From: an uncultured Erysipelotrichaceae bacterium
GTDB lineage: Bacteria > Bacillota_I > Bacilli_A > RFN20 > CAG-826
Length of the DNA: 64,000 nucleotides
NCBI GenBank assembly: GCA_902787955.1
Contig: CADAIJ010000005.1
Span: forward strand, 34,049 to 98,048
Direction of reading: 5' to 3'
In this document: positions 18,528 through 28,684 of the stretch, in pieces
Layout: every line of letters begins with the position of its first letter
Numbering within the stretch: position 1 is the first letter of the stretch
Notes under the pieces: generated by a model
What the model saw: only the letters and a program-made list of their open reading frames with translations
What the model was told of the DNA's origin: nothing
The model's database searches: none
Translations under genes and position numbers: made by a program

Positions 18528-20968
18528 TATTCCTTTTTGCTTTCTTCAGGAGCTTTATCTTTAGCTTCTACTTCAACTGGTTCTTCTGCCGGAGCTTCTT
18601 TAGCGGCAGAAGGTCTTTCAACTTTAACTTGAACGACAACATTTAAGAATTTGAAGACTGCTTCGATAGAGATGTTTTCTAAACATTCTCTAAATAAATC
18701 AGAACCTTCGTTAACGTAATCTTGAAGTGGGTTAACGTTTGCATATGAACGTAAGTGAATTGCTTCACGTAAGTGAGCCATAGTGTCGATTTGTTTAGTC
18801 CAGTTTTGGTCAATAGTTTGTAAAGCGATTTCTCTTTCGACTTGGTTAGCTACTTCAGGAGCCCATTGTTTTCTTCTCATTTGATAAACATCATATAAAA
18901 TGGCGCCTAAATCTTGGCCGGCATCATCTGCTGGAGCTTCATCAAATGAAGCAGGTTTAAATGAACCAACTGGAAGGAATCTTGGTTCAAGTAATTTACG
19001 TAATTCTTCGCCATTAATTAAGTTATCTCTTGAATCTGCTGGAACAGACTTATGAGCTAAAACGAGGCCAGCTGTTGTGAAGAATTCTTGAATTAAGTCA
19101 TCAATAGAATCCGCGAACATGATAGCGTCACGTTTTTCATAAATAGCTTTTCTTTGACGAGAAATAACATCATCGTAATCTAATAAGTTTTTACGAATAT
19201 CGAAGTTTCTTCCTTCAATTTGTTTTTGGGCGTTAGTAATAACGTTAGAGAAGATTTTGGATTCAAGAGCACCTTCATCAGTCATTGTTTCTAAACGTTT
19301 TTGAATAGATTCAGCGGCGAATCTCTTTAAGAGATCATCGTCAAAAGAAACATAGAATCTAGAGAAGCCTGGGTCACCTTGACGTCCGGAACGACCTCTT
19401 AATTGGTTATCAATACGTCTAGATTCATGTCTTTCAGTACCAAAGACACATAAACCACCTAAGGCTTTAACTTCATCATTAATCTTAATATCGGTACCAC
19501 GACCCGCCATGTTAGTAGCAATTGTGATGGAACCTTTTTCACCAGCGTGAGAGATGATTTCCGCTTCACGAGCATGGTTTTTAGCGTTTAAGACTTCATG
19601 TTTTAAGCCTTCTGCAGTTAATAAATTAGAAATTTCTTCAGAAGATTCAACTGAGACTGTACCAATTAATATTGGTTGTCCTTTTTCGTGTCTTTCCTTA
19701 ACTTCTTTAACTAAGGCTTCAAGTTTTTCTTTCTTATGAGCAAAGATATAATCAGTCGCATCAATTCTTTGAATTGGTCTATTGGTTGGAATGACAACGA
19801 CTCTCATGTTATAAATCTTTTGGAATTCTTCTTCTTCAGTTTTGGCGGTACCGGTCATACCAGATAATTTTTTAAATAAACGGAAGAAGTTTTGATATGT
19901 AATAGTCGCAACTGTGACAGTTTCAGATTTAATTTCAACATTTTCTTTAGCTTGGATAGCTTGTTGTAAACCATCAGAATATTCACGACCTTTTAAAATA
20001 CGACCAGTGAATTGGTCAATTAATTGAATTTGGTTTTCATCATCCACCATATATTCAACATCACGAGCGAAAATATAATTAGCTTTTAAAGCTTGATGAA
20101 TTCTATGAACTAAATCTTGATGTTCTGGATCATAGAGGTTACGAATACCAAACATTCTTTCAGCTTTGCTGTTACCTTCATCAGTCAAGGCGCAAGATCT
20201 TTCTTTAATATCAATTTCAAAGTCACGATCTTTCTTTAAAGTCTTAACAAATCTATCAGCAACAGTGTATTGTGAGGCACTAGCTTTATTACCACCTGAA
20301 ATAATAAGTGGGGTTCTAGATTCATCGATTAAAATGGAGTCAGCTTCATCGATAACAGCATAATTTAATCCACGAAGGACACGGCCATTAATTGATTTAG
20401 CCATATTATCACGTAAGTAGTCGAAACCAAGTTCGGCGTTAGTGGTATATGTAATATCGCATCTATGAGCGGCTTGTTTTTCACTTGTGGTGAGTTCTCT
20501 TAAGTTACAACCAACAGTTAAACCTAAGAATCTATAGATTTGGCCCATCCATTCAGAGTCACGTTGGGCTAAGTATTCGTTAACAGTAACAACGTGGACA
20601 CCTTCGCCTTTTAAAGCATTAAGATAGACGGTCATAGTAGCAGTTAAGGTTTTACCTTCACCAGTTCTCATCTCGGCAACATCACCATCGTGAAGAACTA
20701 ACGCACCTATGATTTGGACTTCAAATGGGAATTGTCCAAGAACACGTTTAGCAGCTTCTCTAGCAACAGCGAAAGCTTCATATTTAATATCTTCTAAAGT
20801 TGCTCCATTTTTAAGAGCGGTTCTAAACATATCGGTCTTAGCGCGAAGTTCATCATCAGAAAGAGCAGCCATCTCATCTTGATAGGCAATAACTTTTTGT
20901 GCTTCCTTTTGATATTTCTTTAACGCTCTTTGATCGAAGCGAAATATTTTTTCAATAATATTGGCCAT
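18527..20968 (-). CDS. secA: Preprotein translocase ATPase SecA
   Basis: MRTGEGKTL, DEADSILIDE and TNMAGRGTDI motifs are present. The stop overlaps the prfB ATG (TAATG). Confidence 0.97.
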   Translation of the reverse strand: MANIIEKIFRFDQRALKKYQKEAQKVIAYQDEMAALSDDELRAKTDMFRTALKNGATLEDIKYEAFAVAREAAKRVLGQFPFEVQIIGALVLHDGDVAEMRTGEGKTLTATMTVYLNALKGEGVHVVTVNEYLAQRDSEWMGQIYRFLGLTVGCNLRELTTSEKQAAHRCDITYTTNAELGFDYLRDNMAKSINGRVLRGLNYAVIDEADSILIDESRTPLIISGGNKASASQYTVADRFVKTLKKDRDFEIDIKERSCALTDEGNSKAERMFGIRNLYDPEHQDLVHRIHQALKANYIFARDVEYMVDDENQIQLIDQFTGRILKGREYSDGLQQAIQAKENVEIKSETVTVATITYQNFFRLFKKLSGMTGTAKTEEEEFQKIYNMRVVVIPTNRPIQRIDATDYIFAHKKEKLEALVKEVKERHEKGQPILIGTVSVESSEEISNLLTAEGLKHEVLNAKNHAREAEIISHAGEKGSITIATNMAGRGTDIKINDEVKALGGLCVFGTERHESRRIDNQLRGRSGRQGDPGFSRFYVSFDDDLLKRFAAESIQKRLETMTDEGALESKIFSNVITNAQKQIEGRNFDIRKNLLDYDDVISRQRKAIYEKRDAIMFADSIDDLIQEFFTTAGLVLAHKSVPADSRDNLINGEELRKLLEPRFLPVGSFKPASFDEAPADDAGQDLGAILYDVYQMRRKQWAPEVANQVEREIALQTIDQNWTKQIDTMAHLREAIHLRSYANVNPLQDYVNEGSDLFRECLENISIEAVFKFLNVVVQVKVERPSAAKEAPAEEPVEVEAKDKAPEESKKE

Positions 20969-21036
20969 AATTAACTCCTAACTTTTAAGGGATAAACGAT
21001 AATATTTTAACAATTTTTATTGTTATATCAAACTAT

Positions 21037-21774
21037 TTAATTTCTCTTGTATTTTATACGGTCTTCCTGATTATGAAGTTGTTTCGATAATATTAAAATT
21101 TTTATCGACTTAGGATGTGCTTTTTTCACTAGCTTAATCATCGCGTTTATAGTGGAACCGGAAGTATAAACATCATCAACAATTAAAACTTTTTTGTTTC
21201 GGATTTTATTAATTTTCGTTAACGCAAAATATTTACCAATTTCTTTTCTTCCTTCCATCGATTGTTCTTTTTGTTCACGGTTCGATGTTTTAATTATTGC
21301 TTTAACGATTGGAAGATTGAGTTGAGCAAACAATTCCTCTGCATGATTGAAACCTCTAATTGCATCGCTTTCTGGAGATGATGGAGCGGGCACAACGACA
21401 TGATCGCGATATTCAAATCTAAGGTCGTTAAGTAGATATTCGAAAAATACTTCTCTAAGTTCATAATCGCCATTTGCTTTAAATTGATATATGGAATTCT
21501 TTATTTCGCTAGAATATCGAAAAAGGATTCTTGTTGGACAATTTTGTAACTTATATCTTTCATCTAAAATCTCAAATTTCCCATAACAACTGCCACAAAT
21601 TGAAGTATTTGGATGAAAAAGAATATGAAAATTATCATATTTAATTGGGTTACCACAAACCTTACAAATAGGTGTTTTTATGTCTAATGGATTGAGCAGC
21701 TCTTTCCATCGCAATTGTTTTAGTTTCGCCAATAAAGACGACTTCTCCATCTGGTGCATCATATTTTCTTCCAA
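21037..21774 (-). CDS. comFC: ComF family protein ComFC (phosphoribosyltransferase domain)
   Basis: An N-terminal CxxC..CxxC zinc motif and the PRTase motif VLIVDDVYTSGST are present. The start is uncertain: every ATG lies inside the comFA 3' end. Confidence 0.78.
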   Translation of the reverse strand: MEENMMHQMEKSSLLAKLKQLRWKELLNPLDIKTPICKVCGNPIKYDNFHILFHPNTSICGSCYGKFEILDERYKLQNCPTRILFRYSSEIKNSIYQFKANGDYELREVFFEYLLNDLRFEYRDHVVVPAPSSPESDAIRGFNHAEELFAQLNLPIVKAIIKTSNREQKEQSMEGRKEIGKYFALTKINKIRNKKVLIVDDVYTSGSTINAMIKLVKKAHPKSIKILILSKQLHNQEDRIKYKRN

Positions 21775-22804
21775 CCCTCCCTGCTATTTGAACTAAAGAA
21801 TATTCGTCATAGATATTACTATCCGCATTATAAATAATGACTTGCAGATTCTTAATAGTTACACCTCTTTCTAAAACAGCGGTCGTAACTAAATATGAGT
21901 AGCGCCGTTTTTTAAATAAGGAGATGATCTCTTCTCGCTTATTTTTTAATGAATGAACACACTCTCCACCCGGGAAAAGATGTTTTAAAAGTGAATATAA
22001 TTTTTCTGCTTCTTTTATTGTGGGAGCAAACACTAAAACTGGAAAATTTTTATTTAAATAGCATCTTAATGTTTTTACTAAAATATGAAATTTAATTGGG
22101 TTCTTACTAATTATTAGCTTAGGTACAGGAATCTTATGTCCATGAAATCTTGTGTTAAGTTCCACTAAATCGCGGCCCTTCTGTTTAAAGTAATTTAGCG
22201 TTTTTTCATCAGGTGTAGCGCTCATTAAAACATAGTGTCCTCTTAGGGCTTTTTTAAAGAAGATATTAAGTAAATCGTTTCCCTTAAACGGGAACGCATC
22301 TATTTCATCTAAAACAATTAAATCAAAATAATTTTCGTATCTATAAAGTTGATGTGTTGTTAAAACAACAATATCTCCTTCAAGAATATCGTTATGTTGT
22401 CCATAAACTGCTACTACTTTGTTACGAGAAAACGCGTCCTTAAGTCTTTCTTTTAGTTCGATAACGACATCTTTTCTCGGAATTGCAAATGCGACAGTTT
22501 GATTATGTTTAAGAGCATATAAAATTACATCATAAACAAGCTCAGTTTTACCTGCACCACAAACAGCGTTTATTAAGGTATCGATTCCGTTTTGATAATT
22601 CTCTAATACTTTTTTAGATACTCTTGCTTGATCTTTTGTCAAAAAATAAGACACATCTAAAATTGAGTTAGGTGTGCTAACATTATGTTCTTTGGCGGTT
22701 TCTCCTTTGAATTTAATACAAAGACGACAATATGGTTTTCCATGAATATAGCCAACCCATCTTTCATCTTTATTTCCGCATCTTTCACAAATAAATTGCC
22801 CCAT
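21662..22804 (-). CDS. comFA: ComFA-like DEAD/DEAH-box helicase (competence)
   Basis: An N-terminal Cys4 motif, Walker A CGAGKTE, the DEID box and VAGRVGR are present. Confidence 0.85.
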   Translation of the reverse strand: MGQFICERCGNKDERWVGYIHGKPYCRLCIKFKGETAKEHNVSTPNSILDVSYFLTKDQARVSKKVLENYQNGIDTLINAVCGAGKTELVYDVILYALKHNQTVAFAIPRKDVVIELKERLKDAFSRNKVVAVYGQHNDILEGDIVVLTTHQLYRYENYFDLIVLDEIDAFPFKGNDLLNIFFKKALRGHYVLMSATPDEKTLNYFKQKGRDLVELNTRFHGHKIPVPKLIISKNPIKFHILVKTLRCYLNKNFPVLVFAPTIKEAEKLYSLLKHLFPGGECVHSLKNKREEIISLFKKRRYSYLVTTAVLERGVTIKNLQVIIYNADSNIYDEYSLVQIAGRVGRKYDAPDGEVVFIGETKTIAMERAAQSIRHKNTYL

Positions 22805-22870
22805 ATCATATATAGGGAAAATAAAAGAAAAAGGGAGAAATAATCTCCCTGTTAATTCATAGAATTAAAA

Positions 22871-23308
22871 TTATTTTTCAGCGTCAACGATTTCGCCAAC
22901 TCTTCGAGCGTGACGACCGCCTGCAAATTCAGTATTTAAGAAGATATCAACTCGGCGAATAACGTCTTCATTGTTCATAAATGTTGCGCCAAAAGCAATC
23001 ATATTAGCGTTATTGTGTTCTCTAGTTAATCTTGCTACATCATCGTTATAGCCGATTCCACATCTAATACCTTTAACTTTATTAGCAGACATCATAATAC
23101 CTTCACCAGATGAACAAACAAGAATACCATATTCAGCATTACCGCTTGCGACTTCGTTAGCAGCAGCAATTCCAAAAATAGGATAATCGCAGGAATCTAA
23201 TGAGTTAGTTCCTACATCAATTACTTCATATCCTTTATTAATTAAATGTTCTTTGATTTTATTTTTTTGATTAAACCCAGCGTGGTCACTACCTAATGCA
23301 ATTTTCAT
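22871..23308 (-). CDS. rpiB: Ribose-5-phosphate isomerase B
   Basis: MKIALGSDHAGF, ..GILVCSSGEG.. and the length are typical of RpiB/LacAB. Confidence 0.9.
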   Translation of the reverse strand: MKIALGSDHAGFNQKNKIKEHLINKGYEVIDVGTNSLDSCDYPIFGIAAANEVASGNAEYGILVCSSGEGIMMSANKVKGIRCGIGYNDDVARLTREHNNANMIAFGATFMNNEDVIRRVDIFLNTEFAGGRHARRVGEIVDAEK

Positions 23309-23309
23309 A

Positions 23310-23906
23310 TTATTTTATTACAGAAAGAATTTGTTCTTTACTGATTCTCCCTTCCCTAAGTATTTTAACATCGTTATCAACTAGAACAATAGTAGATGGA
23401 ACCTTAGAAGTAGCTTCTCCTTCAACAAGTAAATCGAGCTCATTTTCGAAAATTGAGGCGACTTCTTGTGCTTTATTTAATGGAGGTTCCCCAGATCTAT
23501 TGGCGCTTGGAACTAGCATTGGCTTACCTAAATCATTTATAAAATCTTGAATGAATTTATTATTAGGAACCCTAATTCCAACGTTACCTTCTTTTGAAAT
23601 AACCCAACTTGGTAGATCTTCTTTTCCTTTTAAAATAATAGTTAGTTCTCCAGGAAGAAAAACATTAATAATCCTCTTTGCGGTTTCATTAATATAAGCA
23701 TACTTTTCAATATCACTAGTTTTACCACACATTAATGTAAATGGTTTATCTGGTGGTCTTCTTTTTACTTCTATTAGACGGTCATAAGCTTTTTTATCAT
23801 CAAAAATAACACCAAAACCGTAGACAGTTTCAGTTGGAAAAGCGATTAAGCCACCATTACGGATAGTAATTAAATCTTCTTCACTATAATTTTTAATTCT
23901 TTTCAC
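23310..23906 (-). CDS. tsaC: L-threonylcarbamoyladenylate synthase (YrdC/YwlC-type)
   Basis: FPTETVYGFG, KRRPPDKP and SANRSGEPP motifs are present. Confidence 0.85.
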   Translation of the reverse strand: MKRIKNYSEEDLITIRNGGLIAFPTETVYGFGVIFDDKKAYDRLIEVKRRPPDKPFTLMCGKTSDIEKYAYINETAKRIINVFLPGELTIILKGKEDLPSWVISKEGNVGIRVPNNKFIQDFINDLGKPMLVPSANRSGEPPLNKAQEVASIFENELDLLVEGEATSKVPSTIVLVDNDVKILREGRISKEQILSVIK

Positions 23907-23908
23907 AA

Positions 23909-24769
23909 TTATTTCTCCAGCACCAATATTCTATATTGCCCGTTTAAATCTTTGTAGTAATTCTTTTTATAAAATGAAAAATAATCAGTTACTAATTTAT
24001 CAATAAGTGGCTTAATTTCATCAGAGATTTCAAAAACAATTAAAGCTTTATCGTTATGAATAGAATTGGCTTTGAATAATATTTTTCGATAAACATCTAA
24101 GTTACTAGTTGTATATAAAGCATAATTAGGCTCGTATTTCTTTGTCTCTTCCGAAACTGGAGCATCAATAATATAAGGAGGGTTAGCAATGATTAAGATA
24201 TTTGAGTCGCGATCAAATGAAGTAATCTTTTCTAATGAATCCTGCTTTTTGATTGAAACATCTCTTGGGAGTATTTTCTTATTTAAGCGAACGTTTTCTC
24301 TTGTTACATTTAAAACTTTCTCATAATAATCAGACAGAATTAGAGTTTGAACAGGTAGATGTTGGCATAAAGAAATTCCAATACACCCAGTACCTGTACA
24401 AACATCATAAACGGTGTAAGGCAAACGGTTCCCAAAGTAAATTCGGGCGACTTCTGCCGCTTTTTTTATTACTTCTTCGGTTTCCATACGTGGAGTTAAA
24501 ACGTGTCTATTTACCACAAATTTTAGCCCATCAAAATATGTTTCGCCTAAGATTAATGATACGGGTATGCCCTGGCGATATTTCCTTATATATTTCTTAA
24601 ATAATTTAACATCTTTTAATTCATCATATTTATGTATGTAAAAAGCGGACATATCATTATATCCGTTAACTTTATTTATGATTAAGCGTATTTCTACTTC
24701 TTGATTTGGATTCTTTAATTGTTTAACGCCATAGTTATAGGCATCTAAAACAGTAAAATGTTCATCCAT
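23909..24769 (-). CDS. prmC: Release factor glutamine N5-methyltransferase
   Basis: DVCTGTGCIG (SAM-binding) and the NPPY motif are present. The gene lies immediately downstream of prfA. Confidence 0.9.
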   Translation of the reverse strand: MDEHFTVLDAYNYGVKQLKNPNQEVEIRLIINKVNGYNDMSAFYIHKYDELKDVKLFKKYIRKYRQGIPVSLILGETYFDGLKFVVNRHVLTPRMETEEVIKKAAEVARIYFGNRLPYTVYDVCTGTGCIGISLCQHLPVQTLILSDYYEKVLNVTRENVRLNKKILPRDVSIKKQDSLEKITSFDRDSNILIIANPPYIIDAPVSEETKKYEPNYALYTTSNLDVYRKILFKANSIHNDKALIVFEISDEIKPLIDKLVTDYFSFYKKNYYKDLNGQYRILVLEK

Positions 24770-25851
24770 TAATTATTAGTTTCTCCAAGCATTTTCATTT
24801 CTTGGTCATAATGGTTCAGGGCTTCTAAAATTTCATCAATTTCACCTTCCATTACACGGTCAAGTTTTTGAATTGTGAAGTTAATTCTATGGTCAGTGAC
24901 ACGGTTTTGTGGATAGTTATAAGTTCTAATCTTCTCACTTCTTTCGCCTGTACCAACTTTAAGTCTACGTTCAGAGCCAACTTTTTCTTCTTGTTCTTCT
25001 TGTAATTTTTGATAAATCTTCGCTCTTAACATTTGCATACAAATTTCACGGTTTTGAATTTGAGATTTTTCAGTTTGGCAAGAAACAACAACGCCGGTTG
25101 GTATATGAGTCATGCGGACCGCGGATTCAGTTTTGTTAACGTTTTGACCACCGGCACCTTGAGATCGATAAGTATCAACTTGGATATCCGCCATATTGAG
25201 TTCAACTTCAATATCTTCCATTTCAGGCATAACTAAAACTGTAGCTGTGGAAGTATGAATACGACCTGATGCTTCAGTCTTAGGAACTCTTTGAACTCTA
25301 TGAGCACCACTTTCAAATTTTAGTTTTGAATAAACGCCATCACCTTTAATCATAAAAGCAACAAAGGCAAATCCTCCTGCTTCAGATGGGTTTTCATCAA
25401 TAATTTGAATTTTCCATCCTTGTGATTCAGCGTAACGAACATACATTCTGAATAAGTCACCAGCGAAAATGTTACCTTCATCACCACCAGCGGCTCCTCT
25501 AATTTCAACAATAATGTTCTTATCATCATTTGGATCTTTTGGAAGAAGCATAACTTTAATTTCTTCTTCTAAAGTATCCATTTCAGAACTAATACGCTTA
25601 TGTTCTTCTTTACCTAACGCTGATAATTCAGCGTCTGCTTCATTTGACATTAATAAAGCTTCCTCTAAATCGGAGGCTAATTTTTGATATCTATCAAAAG
25701 CTTCAACAACAGGTTCAAGATTTGCTCTTTCTTTGTTTAATTCTCTAAACTTTTTCATGTCTCTCATGATGTTTTCATCGAGGAGTTCTTGATCAATTTG
25801 AGCTAATCTTTCCTTTGAAACTTCGAGTCGTTTTAATAGTGCGTTTTCCAT
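24769..25851 (-). CDS. prfA: Peptide chain release factor 1
   Basis: PTE..RIHTS and the GGQ motif ([11 protein letters not shown]) are present. I trimmed the start to MENALLKRLE; the 35 upstream codons in the track are AT-rich read-through. Confidence 0.95.
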   Translation of the reverse strand: MENALLKRLEVSKERLAQIDQELLDENIMRDMKKFRELNKERANLEPVVEAFDRYQKLASDLEEALLMSNEADAELSALGKEEHKRISSEMDTLEEEIKVMLLPKDPNDDKNIIVEIRGAAGGDEGNIFAGDLFRMYVRYAESQGWKIQIIDENPSEAGGFAFVAFMIKGDGVYSKLKFESGAHRVQRVPKTEASGRIHTSTATVLVMPEMEDIEVELNMADIQVDTYRSQGAGGQNVNKTESAVRMTHIPTGVVVSCQTEKSQIQNREICMQMLRAKIYQKLQEEQEEKVGSERRLKVGTGERSEKIRTYNYPQNRVTDHRINFTIQKLDRVMEGEIDEILEALNHYDQEMKMLGETNN

Positions 25852-25985
25852 ATTAACGAAGATTATAACATAATAAATATTTGAAACATAGAGCATCTTA
25901 TAAATATTAATTTTTAAATTAATTTGATAGTTTTTATTCTTTAAAAGAGCACTCAATATATGTATAATTGTTTCTAAGAATTTTT

Positions 25986-27761
25986 ATGTCATACAAAGCA
26001 TTATATAGAACTTATCGACCACAAACTTTTGAGGAAGTAGCTGGACAAAAGCACATCGTCAAAACTTTAAAAAATGCATTAGAAAATAACAAAATCGCTC
26101 ATGCATATCTTTTCTGTGGGCCTCGTGGTACTGGAAAAACATCTATGGCGAAGTTATTTGCGAAAGCTTTAAACTGCGAAGAGGGAATCGGACATCAATG
26201 TAATAAATGTTCGAATTGCACTGATGTTATTGAAGGTTCTCACCCAGATGTAATCGAAATCGACGCCGCTAGTAATAATGGTGTTGAAGAAGTAAGAAAC
26301 TTAATTGATACAGTTAACTATCTTCCAATTAAAGGAAGATACAAAGTATATATTATTGATGAAGTTCATATGATGACCACCAACGCTTTTAATGCGTTAC
26401 TTAAAACACTTGAAGAACCACCTTCTCATGTTGTGTTTATTTTGGCCACAACTGAACCTCATAATATTCTTCCAACCATTATTTCTAGATGTCAAAGATA
26501 CGATTTTAATAAAGTTAGCGACGCTGATATCAAAGAACGTTTAGTAACAATTCTTGAAAAAGAAGGAATTGGTTATGATGACGATGCAGTTAACGCTGTC
26601 ATCTCTTTAGCTGATGGTGGTGTCCGTGATGCTTTATCAATCTTAGATCAAGTTTTGGCCTATTCTGGAAACACATTATCTACTGATGACGTTTATATGC
26701 TATTTGGATTAGCGTCCAAAGAAGAAAAGATTCAATTTATTAAGAATATATATGAAGGTGATGTTGCCTTATCTTTAGATAAATTAACTGCATTCTCCAA
26801 AGGCGGAGTTGATTTAAAGAGATTAAATAACGATTTATTAGAAATACTTAAAGATGTTCTTATTTATAAGAAAACTGGTATTGAACAACAATTAACTTCA
26901 ATTAGAGAGGAAGATGCAATTGAGTTATCTAACTTAATGGATATTGGTTCTCTCAATTCAATGATTGGAGCGTTTTTGAAAGCTCAAATTGATTTTAAGA
27001 CCGCCTCAAATATTAAGACTTTATTTGAAGTTACAATTCTTAAATTATGCACTCAAAGAGATGAACCAGTTGCACCACAAATCAAAGAAAAACCTATAGG
27101 AACTCCTTCCTTTGAGAAAAAATTCCCAAAAGAGGAAGTTAAAATTGAGAAACCTGTAGTTCAAGAAAAACCGGTTATTCAAGAAGTTAAACCAACTTTA
27201 GAAAAACCTTCTTTAGTGGAGCCTCTTGTTAGACCAGAAGTTAAAGTTGAACCAAAACCAGTTCAAAAAGAAGAACCAAAAGTTGAAGAACCACCATCTT
27301 GGTTATTCGATGATGAAGAAACAAAAGATAAACAAGTTGTTGAGGTTGAAGGCGATAAATATCAACTCGATGACAACACAATTATCAAATTAATGGTTCT
27401 TGGTGATAAATTTGAGAAAAGAAATCTTCTCCAAAGATGGAATGAGTTAGATTCATATATCATGCATCCACAACTTGGAGATATGGTTGCCTTACTTAAA
27501 GATGGTAGACCATATATTCTTACTAAAGATGTATTAGTGTTAGATTATGATTTCTCGAATTTAGCAAATAAAGTTAATATCAAATCCAATCAGGATCATT
27601 TATCTAAGATAATGAGTAAAATGCTTGGAAGAGACATTTTTGTGTACGCTATTTCACGTAGTGAATCGACGAGAATTTATCGTTCTTATCAGAATTTAAG
27701 TCAGATTTCTGCGCTACCAAAAGCAAGCACAATTTCAATAGATGTAAAGGAGTTTAAATAA
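25986..27761 (+). CDS. dnaX: DNA polymerase III subunit gamma/tau
   Basis: YRTYRPQTFEEVAGQ, GPRGTGKTS, the zinc module and IIDEVHM are present. A Pro/Glu/Lys-rich linker follows. The start is at MSYKALYR. Confidence 0.95.
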   Translation: MSYKALYRTYRPQTFEEVAGQKHIVKTLKNALENNKIAHAYLFCGPRGTGKTSMAKLFAKALNCEEGIGHQCNKCSNCTDVIEGSHPDVIEIDAASNNGVEEVRNLIDTVNYLPIKGRYKVYIIDEVHMMTTNAFNALLKTLEEPPSHVVFILATTEPHNILPTIISRCQRYDFNKVSDADIKERLVTILEKEGIGYDDDAVNAVISLADGGVRDALSILDQVLAYSGNTLSTDDVYMLFGLASKEEKIQFIKNIYEGDVALSLDKLTAFSKGGVDLKRLNNDLLEILKDVLIYKKTGIEQQLTSIREEDAIELSNLMDIGSLNSMIGAFLKAQIDFKTASNIKTLFEVTILKLCTQRDEPVAPQIKEKPIGTPSFEKKFPKEEVKIEKPVVQEKPVIQEVKPTLEKPSLVEPLVRPEVKVEPKPVQKEEPKVEEPPSWLFDDEETKDKQVVEVEGDKYQLDDNTIIKLMVLGDKFEKRNLLQRWNELDSYIMHPQLGDMVALLKDGRPYILTKDVLVLDYDFSNLANKVNIKSNQDHLSKIMSKMLGRDIFVYAISRSESTRIYRSYQNLSQISALPKASTISIDVKEFK

Positions 27762-27763
27762 TT

Positions 27764-28072
27764 ATGGGAATGAACCAAATGCAAGCCATGATTCAACAAG
27801 CACAAAAAATGCAAAGAGAATTAAAGAAAGCTCAAGAAGCATTAGATGCTAAAGAATTTGTTATTAAAAAAAGTGGCATTGTTACTGTTACCGTTATGGG
27901 AAGTAAGGAAATCAAATCAATCAATATTGATAAAGATGCTTTCGACGCAGAAAACAAAGAACTTATTGAAGATTCAATCGCTTTAGCACTTAAAGAAGCT
28001 TTCGAAAAGATTGATGCTGAAGTTGCTGAATTTAATGAAAGAATTACCGGTAGAGCCGGAGGATTATTTTAA
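27764..28072 (+). CDS. ybaB: YbaB/EbfC family nucleoid-associated protein
   Basis: The ORF is 102 aa with the MQAMIQQAQKMQ.. pattern and sits in the conserved dnaX-ybaB-recR position. Confidence 0.9.
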   Translation: MGMNQMQAMIQQAQKMQRELKKAQEALDAKEFVIKKSGIVTVTVMGSKEIKSINIDKDAFDAENKELIEDSIALALKEAFEKIDAEVAEFNERITGRAGGLF

Positions 28073-28075
28073 GTA

Positions 28076-28681
28076 ATGAAAGAATTGAAAAGCATTAACA
28101 AATTAGCGGATAGTTTTTCTCGTCTTCCAGGCGTTGGAAGAAAATCCGCAGAAAAAATGGCCTATGCTGTTTTAGAAATGGACCAAGATGTTGTTAATGA
28201 CTTTTCAAACGCTTTACTTGAAGCAAAAGAAAACATTCATCACTGCCCGAAATGTGGAATTTTTACCGAAGATGAGATGTGTGAAATCTGTAGTGATGAA
28301 TCAAGAGATAAAACAAAATTATTAGTTGTTTCTTATCCAAAAGATGTGCTCTCTTTTGAAAAATTAGGCACATATACTGGCTTATATCATGTTTTAGGTG
28401 GCGTTTTATCCGCGGTAAGCGGAGTTGGCATTGGCGATTTAAGGATTGATGAACTTATGAATAGAATTGAGGAAGATCATGTTCAAGAAATCATCCTTGC
28501 TACTAACCCTACAACTGAAGGAGAAACAACTGCCTTATTTATCGCTAAATTATTAGAAAATAGCGATATCAAAGTATCACGCTTAGCATACGGACTTCCT
28601 ATGGGAGGTCATCTTGAATATGCTGATTCATTAACTTTATCTAAAGCCTTAGAAGGTAGAAAAGATATAAAAGGAGAATAG
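28076..28681 (+). CDS. recR: Recombination protein RecR
   Basis: LPGVGRKSAEKMA (HhH), a C4 zinc finger and a Toprim domain are present. Confidence 0.95.
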   Translation: MKELKSINKLADSFSRLPGVGRKSAEKMAYAVLEMDQDVVNDFSNALLEAKENIHHCPKCGIFTEDEMCEICSDESRDKTKLLVVSYPKDVLSFEKLGTYTGLYHVLGGVLSAVSGVGIGDLRIDELMNRIEEDHVQEIILATNPTTEGETTALFIAKLLENSDIKVSRLAYGLPMGGHLEYADSLTLSKALEGRKDIKGE

Positions 28682-28684
28682 CTT

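Noticed and set aside
22805-22870. Recurrent CCCTATATA / TATAGG(G)AA strings occur in several spacers (22813, 40522, 51697, 60596), possibly one more shared motif.
   Set aside because: The shared part is only 7-9 nt of AT-rich sequence adjacent to terminator hairpins. That is not distinguishable from compositional chance, unlike the 18-23 nt motif reported in the findings.
25852-25956. The ORF track shows N-terminal extensions for prfA, and likewise for pyrG 5590-5622, glnA 10119-10148, secG 15347-15385, dnaX 25968-25985, hydrolase 40406-40468, metG 42163-42198, rpmE 42494-42580 and the membrane protein 47541-47576.
   Set aside because: The extensions are AT-rich read-through with no similarity to the conserved family N-termini. 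In most cases the internal Met has a proper SD at 5-10 nt.
27114-27125. dnaX could contain a programmed -1 frameshift site at the A-run GAGAAAAAATTC.
   Set aside because: It is not the A AAA AAG heptamer, there is no downstream stem-loop, and it lies in the low-complexity linker. I have no evidence for a gamma product.
27100-27310. dnaX contains a repetitive-looking stretch (KPV/EKP/VEP codons).
   Set aside because: This is a protein-level low-complexity Pro/Glu/Lys/Val linker. It is not a nucleotide tandem repeat with a fixed unit. Such linkers are common in tau subunits.
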